From Acidobacteriota bacterium (GTDB taxonomy: Bacteria; Acidobacteriota; UBA890; WLXD01), in contig CBDFKD010000002.1 in assembly GCA_965248695.1 (NCBI GenBank), positions 32,001 through 96,000 on the forward strand: a stretch of 64,000 nucleotides of DNA, given 5' to 3'. Below, piece after piece: positions 1-10,374 of this stretch (positions within the stretch are counted from its first letter, which is position 1; each line of letters starts with the position of its first letter). Under the pieces are notes generated by a model, which was not told the origin of the DNA, did no database searches, and saw only the letters and a program-made list of their open reading frames with translations. Both the position numbers and the translations under genes were made by a program.

Positions 1-2
1 CG

Positions 3-380
3 CTCGACAAGACGCTCGAGGCGCGGAAGGCAGGCTTCCGGACTCCGGTTCTCGCCGTTGCCGTCGGCATCTACCTGCCTCTGGAGCTCACCACATCGAT
101 CTTCATCGGCGGCCTCGTCTGGTGGGCGGCGGAGCGCGCGTCGGCTGCCAGCGGGGGTGAGCAGTCCATGCGCGGCTTGCTGCTGGCGTCGGGCATGATC
201 ACCGGCGAGGCACTCATCGGCATCGGCCTGGCATTGCCGATCGTGCTGTCGAGCTGGTCGCCGGCCTTCGGCGCCGACATGTTCCGCGTCGCTGTGGCGC
301 CGCTGGGCGGCTGGCCCGGCTTCGTCGCGCTGAGCGCGTTGGCGTACGTCATGTACCGCGTGTCGGTGAGCCGTCGCTGA
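3..380 (+). CDS. OPT family oligopeptide transporter, C-terminal part (5' end outside window)
   Basis: Open frame from the window edge: PVLAVAVGIYLPLELTTSIFIGG...GLLLASGMITGEALIGI, typical of the OPT/YSL C-terminus. Confidence 0.8.
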   Translation, partial: LDKTLEARKAGFRTPVLAVAVGIYLPLELTTSIFIGGLVWWAAERASAASGGEQSMRGLLLASGMITGEALIGIGLALPIVLSSWSPAFGADMFRVAVAPLGGWPGFVALSALAYVMYRVSVSRR

Positions 381-406
381 GACCGCTTTCCGACGCCGGA
401 CCTGAA

Positions 407-1582
407 GTGACCCCGCCTCCACCCATCGGCCCCAACGTCCGCAAGCTGGGCCTCGTCAGCCTGCTCACCGACATGAGCAGCGAGATGCTCTACGCGGTCG
501 TCCCTTTGTACTTGACCGAGGTCCTCGGTGCCCCGATCAGCATCGTCGGGTTGATCGAGGGAATCGCCGAGAGCACGGCCAGTGGGCTGAAAGCGGTTTC
601 GGGCTGGCTGTCGGACCGCACCGGGCGCCGCCGACCGTTCGCGCTCGCCGGCTATGCTCTGTCGGCCCTCGCCAAGCCGCTGTTGGCGCTGGCCGGCACC
701 TGGACCTGGGTACTCGGGGCTCGCGTCGTCGACCGTACCGGCAAGGGCCTGCGGGGCCCGGCCCGCGACGCGCTGCTGGCCGATTCCACCGCGCCAGAGC
801 ATCGCGGCCGGGCATTCGGCTTCCATCGCGCCATGGACACCACCGGAGCCGTCATCGGTCCGCTGTTGGCCCTGCTGGCGCTGTCGATGTTGGGATTGGG
901 CTACACGGGACTCTTCCTGCTCGCCGCCGTACCGGCGTTCGCAGGGGTCGTCGTGCTCGCCGGCGTCGCGGAGATCCGTGGGCCGGCGTCGGAGTCTCCC
1001 GGAACCGGTGCGCGGCGCGCTGTCTCACCGGAGCTACGGCGGTTTCTGGTGGTCGTCGGGCTGTTCGCGCTCGGCAACAGCAGCAACGTCTTCCTGCTAC
1101 TGCGGGCGCGCGATCTTGGCTGGTCACAGGAAGGCGTGATCGGGCTCTATGTGCTCTACAACCTCACCTACGCCGCCGCCGCGTTGCCGGCCGGCTCCTT
1201 ATCAGACCGGATCGGCCGCCGGCGCGTCCTGCTGGGTGGCTTCGCGCTCTCGGCGTCGGTGTACGCCGGCTTTGCCATCGTCGACGAGGCGCTTTATGCC
1301 GTACCGCTCCTCGCCGCCTATGGACTCTATGCCGCCGCCTTTGCGGGCGCCGGGCGCGCCTACGTTGCCGACCTGGCGCCCCGCGGCGGCATGGCCACCG
1401 CCATGGGCATGTATCAAGCCGTTACTGGGGTGCTCGTCCTGGCAGCAAGCCTGATCGCCGGGGCACTGTGGGACCAATTCGGCGCCCACGCGCCGTTCGT
1501 CTTCGGCGCCGCTACGTCGATAGCGGCGGCGATCTTGTTCGCGGTCCTTTGTGCCGAGAAACGCTCCGAGTCCACCAGCTGA
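407..1582 (+). CDS. MFS transporter
   Basis: About 12 hydrophobic segments; MFS motif A twice (GWLSDRTGRR, GSLSDRIGRR). Confidence 0.9.
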   Translation: MTPPPPIGPNVRKLGLVSLLTDMSSEMLYAVVPLYLTEVLGAPISIVGLIEGIAESTASGLKAVSGWLSDRTGRRRPFALAGYALSALAKPLLALAGTWTWVLGARVVDRTGKGLRGPARDALLADSTAPEHRGRAFGFHRAMDTTGAVIGPLLALLALSMLGLGYTGLFLLAAVPAFAGVVVLAGVAEIRGPASESPGTGARRAVSPELRRFLVVVGLFALGNSSNVFLLLRARDLGWSQEGVIGLYVLYNLTYAAAALPAGSLSDRIGRRRVLLGGFALSASVYAGFAIVDEALYAVPLLAAYGLYAAAFAGAGRAYVADLAPRGGMATAMGMYQAVTGVLVLAASLIAGALWDQFGAHAPFVFGAATSIAAAILFAVLCAEKRSESTS

Positions 1583-1623
1583 CCGCGGCCTCGCGCGGCG
1601 ACCTCGCGCTCGACCGTCCCGAC

Positions 1624-3072
1624 CTACTCGTCGTCCGCCGCCGTGCCGAAGGCCTTCAGCACCTCGCGAGTGAGATCCCAGCGGTTGAATCCCTGGCGCC
1701 CGTAGTCGAGCCCGCGTCGGACGATCACCAGGTCGTGCGACGGCACGACGACGGCGTACTGTCCGCGATTGCCGGCGGTCGAATAAGCGTCGGTCGGCAC
1801 GTCGGTCCGATCGTCGGGTACGAGCCACCACTGGCCACCGTAGAAGTTGCCGCGTTGCGCGGTGGACGGCGCCGGCGTTCGGACGAAGTCGATCCAGTCC
1901 TCCGACAGTAGCCGTCGTCCGTTCCAGACACCTTTGCGCAGGTAGAGCAGCCCGAAGCGGGCCAGGTCGCGCGCGTTCGTGTAGACCTGACTGCTGAGGA
2001 TAAAGTCGCCGAAGCGATCGACGCTCATGAGCGTGTTGCGCATGCCGATCGCGTCCAGAAGAGCGCTGCGCGGAAACTGCAGATACTCCTGGTCATCACC
2101 GATCGCCAGCTTCATGGCGTACACCGCCAACAGGGTGTCGTAGTTCTCGTAGTCCCAGTGCGACCCGGGCTCGCGGATCAGACCGCGGCTGCGCGCTCCT
2201 ACGATCGAGCTCGCACCGGCCCAGTACGCCTGGCCCGATCCGGTGGCGTATTCGAGTCCGGCGTTGTCGACCGTGCTCAGCCCGCTCGACATGTTCAGCG
2301 CGTGCCGCAGCGTGATTCGCGCGCGGGGATCGGAATCACCGTCCAGTGCATCCGGTAACCATTCGAAGCCCAGCGGCGCATCGAGGTCCAGCCGCCCCTC
2401 GTCCACCAGCATGCCGATCAGCGTCACCGCCAGGCTCTTGGCGGTCGACCAGGTACGCGTGCGGGTGCTCATGTCGACGCCGGGCGCATAGCGCTCATGC
2501 ACGATGCGGCCGCCATGGACGACGATCAAGCTGAGCGTCACCTGTTCGGGCGACGGGCGCTCGAACGCCCAGTCGGAGGCAGCCTGCAGGCCGGCGACGT
2601 TGAGCGCTGACGGCGGCGGATCATCCGCCACCAGGTCGCCGTCCGGCCACGGGATGGAGGCCGGATCTCCGGATTGCAGTGGCGTCTCGAGCACCGGCAG
2701 GCTGTCGATGTCCTCGAACGTCTGATCCGGCGCCATGATCACACAGCCCAGCCCTTCGCGGAACGCGGCGCGCATCACCGGGGTCCCTCCCGGCGCGCCG
2801 ATGGCGACGGCGCGACGATCCCAGTCGACTGCGTAGTCACCGCCGGACGCCGTTCCGACCGGCTGCCGGAGGTACTTGAGCTCCTGGTCGAACACCTGCT
2901 CGAGGGTGCGATTCGAGGTGAACAGGCCGTTGCACATGAAGATCGCCTGCTGCCCGTGCTGGATCACGTTGCGGTTGAACCGCCAGTAGTCGTAGGACTC
3001 GGTTTGCTGAGCGCTGGCAAGCGTGGGCAGCAGGAGGGCGACGGCAGCGAGTTGGGCCGATAGGCGCTTCAT
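1624..3072 (-). CDS. Serine hydrolase, beta-lactamase class C-like family, secreted
   Basis: Start taken at MKRLSAQ (signal peptide, GGAGG RBS); SxxK (STAK), YxN (YEN), ARDLARFGLLYL. Confidence 0.85.
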   Translation of the reverse strand: MKRLSAQLAAVALLLPTLASAQQTESYDYWRFNRNVIQHGQQAIFMCNGLFTSNRTLEQVFDQELKYLRQPVGTASGGDYAVDWDRRAVAIGAPGGTPVMRAAFREGLGCVIMAPDQTFEDIDSLPVLETPLQSGDPASIPWPDGDLVADDPPPSALNVAGLQAASDWAFERPSPEQVTLSLIVVHGGRIVHERYAPGVDMSTRTRTWSTAKSLAVTLIGMLVDEGRLDLDAPLGFEWLPDALDGDSDPRARITLRHALNMSSGLSTVDNAGLEYATGSGQAYWAGASSIVGARSRGLIREPGSHWDYENYDTLLAVYAMKLAIGDDQEYLQFPRSALLDAIGMRNTLMSVDRFGDFILSSQVYTNARDLARFGLLYLRKGVWNGRRLLSEDWIDFVRTPAPSTAQRGNFYGGQWWLVPDDRTDVPTDAYSTAGNRGQYAVVVPSHDLVIVRRGLDYGRQGFNRWDLTREVLKAFGTAADDE

Positions 3073-3265
3073 GGTGTTTCCCTCCAAGGCGCGACGAAAC
3101 AGGGGAGTTGCCGATAGCCGGCGCCGACGCTCGCCGCCCTGACCACGGTTTGGCGCATGATACCGAACATGGCCGCCGACTTCGCGGCTCGACGACTGCC
3201 GCCAGCGCGTTCGGCTGTGCCGTCCAGACAAGCGTGCGATATGACTCGCAGCGTCTGGACGTGTC

Positions 3266-4435
3266 TCACCCGTCCAGCCACTCCAGCGGCACCTTGGCGG
3301 CGCGGTAGACAACGTTCGCCTCCACGTCACGGAACGGCCCCATCGCTCGGCTGACGTATTCCCAGACGATCTCGCCGTCCGCAGTGACCTCGAAGATGCG
3401 ACCGTAAGCGCCCTCGTCGATCAGCGTATTGCCGTTCGGCAGTCGCTGTGCCGAGCTCAGAATGAAGCTGTTGAAAGTAAACTGCGGCAACCCGGAGGCG
3501 GAGGCTCGATACTCGTAGCGAATCGACTGATCGACCGGATCGATCTCGATCACACGGGAGAACGACCGCCAGCCGGCGCTGCCGCCGGCGTCATAACCGC
3601 TGCCGAGACCGTTGTCGAAGATCAGGATGTTGCCGGCTCCAGGGAGCCCGCGAGGAATCATGAGGGGGTCGTGCTGGCCGATGGTAAGCCCGTCGGTTCG
3701 CCAGACGATCTCGCCGGTCTGACGATCGATAATGGCGACGGCGTTGATGAACCGGTAGCTGATGATGACGTTGCCACGGCGAAAACGCGGATCGGTGTGG
3801 CCGTTGCGCGGGATGACCGAGGCTGCGTTGGCGTGGGCCCAATCCCCGCCCTGCTGCCGGATCATGCGCCTCATTCGCGGCGAGAAAGCGAAATCGTCGA
3901 ATCGATCCGCCGTCTGCCAGTCCCAAGCAACGGTCCCATCGGCTCGAACCTCGAGCACACAATCGTCCTGCAGCGGGGTCGGCGAGATCGCCGCGCGGAC
4001 GACCTCCCGAGAGCACAGGATCAGGGTGTTGCCGTTCGGCAACCGCGAGTGATCATGATGGAAGGTGACGCCAGCGGGCTGGTGGTACTGCCATACCGTT
4101 GCCCCCGACGGGTCAAGCTCGACAATCGAGCGGGCGGCGGTCGACGACTCGTGCAGCCGCACAAGGATGCTGCCGTTGTCCAGCGGCCGCGCGAACGCAT
4201 AGCGATGTCCGGCGGGGGCGCGGAATCGTCGGGCAACCTGTCCTTCCACGCCGATGATGTAGATGTCGCCGTCGTTTCCGGCGAACACGACATACCCGGG
4301 GCTCACTCGTTCACGATCGAGAATCGTGAGGCCTTTCTTGTGATGCGACGGCGGCGTGGCGTGCTTCGCGAGCGTCGGCGGCGTGGGAAGAAGGCAGCAG
4401 ACCAACGTGGCGATGGCAAGACAGCGGATGTTCAT
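3266..4435 (-). CDS. Arylsulfotransferase (ASST)-like beta-propeller protein, secreted
   Basis: Signal peptide; FHHD, DWAHAN, QHDP, SSAQRLPNGNTLI and GEIVWEY motifs. Confidence 0.75.
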   Translation of the reverse strand: MNIRCLAIATLVCCLLPTPPTLAKHATPPSHHKKGLTILDRERVSPGYVVFAGNDGDIYIIGVEGQVARRFRAPAGHRYAFARPLDNGSILVRLHESSTAARSIVELDPSGATVWQYHQPAGVTFHHDHSRLPNGNTLILCSREVVRAAISPTPLQDDCVLEVRADGTVAWDWQTADRFDDFAFSPRMRRMIRQQGGDWAHANAASVIPRNGHTDPRFRRGNVIISYRFINAVAIIDRQTGEIVWRTDGLTIGQHDPLMIPRGLPGAGNILIFDNGLGSGYDAGGSAGWRSFSRVIEIDPVDQSIRYEYRASASGLPQFTFNSFILSSAQRLPNGNTLIDEGAYGRIFEVTADGEIVWEYVSRAMGPFRDVEANVVYRAAKVPLEWLDG

Positions 4436-4457
4436 CGAGGCCTCCGGAGCCGGACGG

Positions 4458-5786
4458 CTAGCGCGGCGCCGATGCCGACAGATCGTCCTTGTAGACGGCG
4501 CCCTGTTTCATCACGAACCCGACGCTCTCGAGCACGCGCACGTTGTCGAGCGGACTGTCCGCCACGGCGATGAGGTCCGCCGAGCGGCCGACGGCCAGCG
4601 CGCCGAACTCATCGTCGCGCTTCAGCAGGGTCGCAGCGTGGATCGTGGCTGCCTGGATCGCCTCCATCGGCGTCATGCCCCATTGCACCATGTAGGCAAA
4701 CTGGCGGCCGTTGGAGCCGTGTGGGTACACGCCGGCGTCCGTTCCGAAGACGATGCGCACTCCCTCACCATGGGCGCGCTGAAAGCTCTCGCGTTGGACA
4801 CGGCCGACCTGACGCTCCTTGTCGAGCGACTCGGGCAGGATCCCGGCCTCCTCTCCCGAGGTGAGGATGTAGTCGGACACGTAGATGTCCATCGACAACG
4901 CCGTACCGTGCTCGACCGCTAACTCGATCGCCTCATCATCGAGCATGCTGGCGTGCTCGATCGAGTCGGCACCCGCCTGGATGGCAAGCTTGATCCCCTC
5001 CGTTCCGTGCGCGTGGGCGGCGACCACGAAGCCGAACTTGTGGGCCTCGTCAACGATCGCCTGCATCTCCTCGAAGGTGTACTGCAGGCCTCCTACCGTC
5101 GTTCCCTTCGACAGAACGCCCCCGGTGGCGCAGAACTTGATGACGTCGACGCCATACTTGGCGTTCTCGCGAATGCGCTGGCGAATCGCCCACGGACCGT
5201 CCGCGACGCCTTCACCGACAAAGCCGAACTCGAGCGGCAACAAGTTCATGTCGCAGTGCCCGCCGGTGATGCCGAGTGCCGGACCCGAGACCAGCATGCG
5301 GGGCCCGACGATGTCGCCATCGTTGATCGCGTCGCGCAGCGCGACGTCGGTGAACCCGCCGGCACCGACATTGCGCACCGTGGTGAAACCGGCATCCAAC
5401 GTTCGCGCCGCCTGGCGTACACCGGTCAGCGCTGAGCGCACGAGCGAGACCGCCAGCGCCGCGTAGCCGTGTGTCTCGCCGTCGGCGGTCAGGTGGGTGT
5501 GGAGGTCGATCAGGCCAGGAAGAACCGTCGCGGCTGACAGATCGATGACCGCCGCGCCGGCCGGCACCGGCGTCGACCCGGCGGGTCCGATCGAGTCGAT
5601 GAGGCCATCGCGCACGATGATGCCCTGATCGGGCAATAGCTCGCCGCCCACGACGTCGATCACCGTGCCGGCGCGGATGTACTGGGTGTCCGGCGTCTGC
5701 GCTGGAACAGCAGTGGCAGCAGCAGTGGCAGCAGTAGCGGCGAGCAGCAACACGCCGGCGACAAATCCTGACGAACGAGACCTCAT
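4458..5786 (-). CDS. Metal-dependent amidohydrolase (Xaa-Pro dipeptidase-like)
   Basis: PGLIDLHTH, GFTTVRNVG, AAHAHG, SIEH, FGTDAGVYPHG; signal peptide. Confidence 0.9.
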   Translation of the reverse strand: MRSRSSGFVAGVLLLAATAATAAATAVPAQTPDTQYIRAGTVIDVVGGELLPDQGIIVRDGLIDSIGPAGSTPVPAGAAVIDLSAATVLPGLIDLHTHLTADGETHGYAALAVSLVRSALTGVRQAARTLDAGFTTVRNVGAGGFTDVALRDAINDGDIVGPRMLVSGPALGITGGHCDMNLLPLEFGFVGEGVADGPWAIRQRIRENAKYGVDVIKFCATGGVLSKGTTVGGLQYTFEEMQAIVDEAHKFGFVVAAHAHGTEGIKLAIQAGADSIEHASMLDDEAIELAVEHGTALSMDIYVSDYILTSGEEAGILPESLDKERQVGRVQRESFQRAHGEGVRIVFGTDAGVYPHGSNGRQFAYMVQWGMTPMEAIQAATIHAATLLKRDDEFGALAVGRSADLIAVADSPLDNVRVLESVGFVMKQGAVYKDDLSASAPR

Positions 5787-5858
5787 GATCTTCTCCTGTG
5801 CGTACGACGGCCATCGCACCGAGCCATCACCAGCCCCGTAAGTGCGCGCCGCGTGTTG

Positions 5859-8570
5859 CTATTGATCCCCTACCCGCGGCCGATCGCGCCACTGCTCCCA
5901 CAGTCGTGTGTGCTTGCTCGACAGGTCAACCTCGTTGCCATCGATCCAGCCGCGCAGCACGTTGGTGCGAACCTCGAGCAAGTCGCCGTCCGCAAGCACG
6001 AGCGTGGCGCTCTTGCCTACTTCGATCGAGCCGAGTGAATCGCCGAGCCCGAGTATCTCTGCCGGCGACAGGGTCACGGCACGAAGCGCTTCCTCGGGTG
6101 AGAGCCCGTAGGCGGCCGCGTGGCCGGCCTGATAGGGCAGGTTGCGATCGTCGCTGCTGGGCCCGGCTGGGCCGTCGCCGATGGCAAAGTGGACGCCGGC
6201 GTCACGCAGCCGAGCTGCGTTCGCATACATGGCGTCGTACGGGTCGTCCTCGTTCCCCGGTATCTGAAACACCGCTGACACGATGACCGGCACGTTCGCG
6301 GCCGCGATCTCGTCGGCGGCGCGCCAGGTGTCGCCGGTGTCCAGGAGCACGATGCGCAGATCCTGCTCGGCTGCCCACGCCAGCGCCGCCTTGATGGCAT
6401 GGGCGCCGGCGGTATGAATGAACACCGGCATATGGCCGCGAATCACGGGAACGAGGCCCTCGAGCTTCACATCAACGTCGGCCGAACGCCCCGCTTGCGC
6501 TGCCGAGCGCGCCCGGTCGTAGGCGCGCGCGGCTTCCAGCGTGGCGTCGACGCGTTCCAGCGCCTCTTCACGCTGGAGCTCGAGGTCGTCTTCCGACGGT
6601 CGCGGCCCGAAGAAGAAGCCACCACCGCCGCCAGGCAGAATCAGGTGCATGCCGGCGCGCGACAGCGCGGTCATTTCCTCCCAGCTCCATCCGTCGAGGC
6701 GCAGTAGCGCGCTGGCGCCGGCTAGGATACCCCCGCGCGGGATCGTCAGCGTGTGCGTGACGCCGTTGGCGCGCGTCACCGCAATGTGCTCGCTCGCCGC
6801 GTTGACCGCTACTTCGGCCCGCAGATCGGAGTTGATATCGTCGATCTCCGCGCTGTCGACCGAACCTGCCGCGCCACCGCTGATCTCCACCAGACCGACC
6901 GTGCTGTCGGCCGAGATCATGCCCGGGAACAGACTCTTGCCAACGACGTCGACGCGCTCGGCGCCCGCCGGGATCGGCGTACCGGGGCCACCGACCGCGG
7001 TGATCACACCGTCGGCGAACACCACGACTCCGTTGTCGATCACGTCGCCGGCTACGGTATGGACTGTAGCTCCGACCAGCGCCGTCGCAGCGCGCTGGGT
7101 ATGCGGGCTCGAGGCGTACGCTCGCGGCAACGGATCGGCGAACCGGTGCGCCTCGCCGGATTCCCCTTCATCGTCCGGATCGGCCTCTGAATCCTCCCCA
7201 GCGTCTGCCTCGGAATCGCCTTCGATCAGCGCGACGATCCTTGCCTTCTCCGCCTCACGGGCCTGGAGCATGCGCCGATCGAGCGCCCGATCGAACACCT
7301 TACGACCGTCCACGAAGGTGGCCTCGGGCCGCGAATAAATCGACAGCGGATGGCCGTTCCAGAGCACGAAGTCGGCATCCTTGCCGACGCTGAGTGAGCC
7401 CATCTGCTCGAACAGCAGCAGCTGCTTGGCAGCGTTGGAAGTGACGAACGCGAGCGCGTTCTGTTCCTCCAGGCCGCCGTACTTGATGGCCTTGGCAGCC
7501 TCCAGGTTCAAGTGCCGGGCCAGCTCGCCGGAGTCCGAGTTGAACGACACCACGATGCCGTCGTCGTGCATGATGGCGCCGTTGTACGGAATGGCGTCGA
7601 AGGCCTCGATCTTGTAGCCCCACCAGTCGGAGAACGTCGACGCGCCGGCGCCGTGGGCGGCGATCTCGTGCGACGCCTTGTAGCCCTCGAGCACGTGCGT
7701 GAAGTCGCCGATCGTGAAGCCCATCTCCTCCGCCACACGGATCAACATGATGATCTCGTCCTGGCGGTAGGAGTGCGCCGTTACCTTGCGTGCCCCGTTC
7801 AGAATCTCGACCAGAGCGTCAAGGCGCAGATCCCTTCGCGGCGGCACGGCGTGCTCGGTCGCCTCCGGCGAGAGCGCGTCGTAGGCCTCCTGCTCGTTCT
7901 GATAGTCGCGCGCCGCCAGGAAGGCGCGACGGATGGAGTTCGCCACTCCCATGCGGGTCGCCGGATAGCGGCGCGGAGCACCGGGAATCGGCAGCGAGAA
8001 CGCCGATCGCTTGGGATTCTCGCCAAGAGCGAACTTGATCCGTGGCGTTGCTCCCTCGATCAGCAGCTGTTCTGCCTGCGGCACTCGATAGCGCCACTTC
8101 ACGATTGCCGACTGGCCTCCTATGGCGTTCGCCGAGCCGTGCAGGATCTGGGCGGCAGTGGTGCCACCAGCGAGCTGGCGGTAGATGTCCGGATCGTTCG
8201 GATCGAGCCGGTCGGTGATGCGCACCTCGGCGGTAATGTTCTCGCTCGCCTCGTTGGACCCGCCGGCCGTATGGCTGTGCGCGTCGATGATGCCGGGCGT
8301 GACGTGCATACCCGAACCGTCGATGATCGTCGCATCGTCAGGCGCATCGAGCCCGACCCCGACCGCGACGATCAGGCCGTCGCGAGCCAGTAGGTCCGCT
8401 CCCTCGAGGATGCCGGCGTCGTCCTGAGTCCAGATCGTCGAGTTACGCACCAGCCAGGTGCCGCCGGTGGCGCGCTCGAAGCTCAACTCCCAGCCCACAT
8501 CGTCCTGCTGTGCCATCGCCAGCGGAGCCACGAACAGCAGGGCAACCAGGGTTGTCAACAGTCGCCTCAT
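5859..8570 (-). CDS. Two-domain amidohydrolase family protein
   Basis: Domain 1 has PGIIDAHSH, KFALGENPK, HSYR, FNSD; domain 2 has PGMISADST (no HxH) and GSIEVGKSA; acidic linker between them. Confidence 0.85.
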   Translation of the reverse strand: MRRLLTTLVALLFVAPLAMAQQDDVGWELSFERATGGTWLVRNSTIWTQDDAGILEGADLLARDGLIVAVGVGLDAPDDATIIDGSGMHVTPGIIDAHSHTAGGSNEASENITAEVRITDRLDPNDPDIYRQLAGGTTAAQILHGSANAIGGQSAIVKWRYRVPQAEQLLIEGATPRIKFALGENPKRSAFSLPIPGAPRRYPATRMGVANSIRRAFLAARDYQNEQEAYDALSPEATEHAVPPRRDLRLDALVEILNGARKVTAHSYRQDEIIMLIRVAEEMGFTIGDFTHVLEGYKASHEIAAHGAGASTFSDWWGYKIEAFDAIPYNGAIMHDDGIVVSFNSDSGELARHLNLEAAKAIKYGGLEEQNALAFVTSNAAKQLLLFEQMGSLSVGKDADFVLWNGHPLSIYSRPEATFVDGRKVFDRALDRRMLQAREAEKARIVALIEGDSEADAGEDSEADPDDEGESGEAHRFADPLPRAYASSPHTQRAATALVGATVHTVAGDVIDNGVVVFADGVITAVGGPGTPIPAGAERVDVVGKSLFPGMISADSTVGLVEISGGAAGSVDSAEIDDINSDLRAEVAVNAASEHIAVTRANGVTHTLTIPRGGILAGASALLRLDGWSWEEMTALSRAGMHLILPGGGGGFFFGPRPSEDDLELQREEALERVDATLEAARAYDRARSAAQAGRSADVDVKLEGLVPVIRGHMPVFIHTAGAHAIKAALAWAAEQDLRIVLLDTGDTWRAADEIAAANVPVIVSAVFQIPGNEDDPYDAMYANAARLRDAGVHFAIGDGPAGPSSDDRNLPYQAGHAAAYGLSPEEALRAVTLSPAEILGLGDSLGSIEVGKSATLVLADGDLLEVRTNVLRGWIDGNEVDLSSKHTRLWEQWRDRPRVGDQ

Positions 8571-10264
8571 CGTCCACCTCCCTGCGGGCCGGAGGTACGT
8601 TCGCCCCTGAAGTCGAGGGTAATGGACCGCCCTCCGGGGCCTTCCACCGACGCGGTTCCGGTGAGCTCGTCGCCTTCGATCACCACGGTCGCCTCGAGCG
8701 ACCCTCTCGGACCCGGTAGCACGAGAGTCAGCGCGTTCCCGGCCAGCTCGACGCTCTCGAAGTCGCGCTCGCCCTGCTGACCGATCGACCGACCGCTGTA
8801 GTCACCCTCATCGCCCTCGATGATCCAAGTAGAGCTGCGCTCGTTGCCCATGACCGTCGTCGTGACCGCCCACTCGCCGCGCGGATCAACTACCGCATCC
8901 GGGTTGCCGACTTCCTCCGTCTCCTCCATCTCGTGGTGAACCCCGTCCACGAACACGTGGCGGATCTCGGTCTCCTCACCGAACGGCTCGCCGGTGGCCA
9001 CCACCAGATTGGCGATCTTGCCGGCCTCCAGCGTGCCCATGCTGGCCGAAACTCCCAGCATCTCTGCCGGAATCGTCGTTACAGCAGCGAGCGCGGTGTC
9101 GCCGGATAACCCGGCATCGATTGCCTTACGGACGTTCTCGGCGAACTTGCCGGCGTTGCCCATACCGTAGGGCGTTAGCGCGAAGGCGATGCCAGCTGCC
9201 TCGAGGGCACCGGGGTTGGACGGCGCCCGCTCCCACTCCTGCAGGCTTGTCAGGCTGATCGCCGGCAGCCGCTCTGGCTTCGACACGTCGGGGTCGGTGG
9301 GAAAATCGACCGGCACGATCAGCCTCGTACCGGCTTGCCTCAGAAGATCGATGATTTGCTGCTCGTCGCCGCCGCCGAGAATGATCGGGTCGCCGTCGAG
9401 CTCGGTGGCCAGCGCCAGCGTACGCTCGATGGCGCGGTTCCCGGCGGCGTACACGATCATCGTGCCGCCGTCGATCATCATCGGCGCCAGAGCCTCCATG
9501 GCGTCGTTGTAGGCGGGGCGCGCCATGCCGCTCGGGTCGGCCTCATATCGACGTCGCCATTCGACGTATCGCGCGGTGTCGTAGTACACCTGTCGAATCG
9601 TCGCCACAGCACCCAGCAGGTCGGCCGGGTAGCCGCCGAAGAAGGATCCGGTGTCGTACCCCAGGTGTTGGGCCACTGTCGCCTTCACCACAAGCTCGCG
9701 CGGATGCCCGTCGCGCAACGCCACCAACGCGCTCCAACCGCGAAAGATACCGCTGCGTGGCACCGCGAGCGCGGCCGTGAACCCTTGTTCCCGGCGTTGC
9801 CCGATCTCGGCGCTGCCCTCCTCCAGCTCGCTCGTGACACGGTACTGAGGATGAACGAGCTCGATCGGATGACTGGTTCCGGGCTCCGCCTCCTCGGGCT
9901 GGAACAGGGCCGCGATGTTGAAGCCGCCGCCGCCACCGCCGCCCTGCTGCGACTGCATGCCGAGGTGCGAGTACGCGTCGATCCAGCCGGCGTAGACGGT
10001 CATGCCGTCGCCATCGATCACCTCGGCATCAGCCGGTACGACCGCATCGGTGCCAACCGCCTCGATGAGCCCGTCGCGCAGCACGATCGTGCCGCCTTCG
10101 ATGACCTCGCCGGGGGCGGTGATCAAGGTGGCACCGGTAATCGCGTACACCCGAGGCCGCTCGGCCGCGGCCGGCTGTGCCAGGACAAGCAAAGCTGCCG
10201 TTGCCAGCGCAGCGGCCACCTTGGACCGCCGACCGACGCGGCGGGTCATCGAGAACGAACGCAT
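8567..10264 (-). CDS. Amidohydrolase family protein with degenerate metal site and C-terminal beta domain
   Basis: GWIDAYSHLG, GTLEAGKIANLVV; stop overlaps the start of the next gene. Confidence 0.8.
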   Translation of the reverse strand: MRSFSMTRRVGRRSKVAAALATAALLVLAQPAAAERPRVYAITGATLITAPGEVIEGGTIVLRDGLIEAVGTDAVVPADAEVIDGDGMTVYAGWIDAYSHLGMQSQQGGGGGGGFNIAALFQPEEAEPGTSHPIELVHPQYRVTSELEEGSAEIGQRREQGFTAALAVPRSGIFRGWSALVALRDGHPRELVVKATVAQHLGYDTGSFFGGYPADLLGAVATIRQVYYDTARYVEWRRRYEADPSGMARPAYNDAMEALAPMMIDGGTMIVYAAGNRAIERTLALATELDGDPIILGGGDEQQIIDLLRQAGTRLIVPVDFPTDPDVSKPERLPAISLTSLQEWERAPSNPGALEAAGIAFALTPYGMGNAGKFAENVRKAIDAGLSGDTALAAVTTIPAEMLGVSASMGTLEAGKIANLVVATGEPFGEETEIRHVFVDGVHHEMEETEEVGNPDAVVDPRGEWAVTTTVMGNERSSTWIIEGDEGDYSGRSIGQQGERDFESVELAGNALTLVLPGPRGSLEATVVIEGDELTGTASVEGPGGRSITLDFRGERTSGPQGGGR

Positions 10265-10374
10265 TTGTTTCTCCTTACCGGATATGCCGGCAATCAAGAT
10301 TCTTCACGGCTCGAGGTCTAATCGCCGCGATTCTACTGACTCGAATCTCCGTCCCTGTCGATCTTCATCACGAG

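Noticed and set aside
5706-5745. GCAGCAGTGGCA-type repeat
   Set aside because: Encodes the Ala/Thr-rich end of a signal peptide
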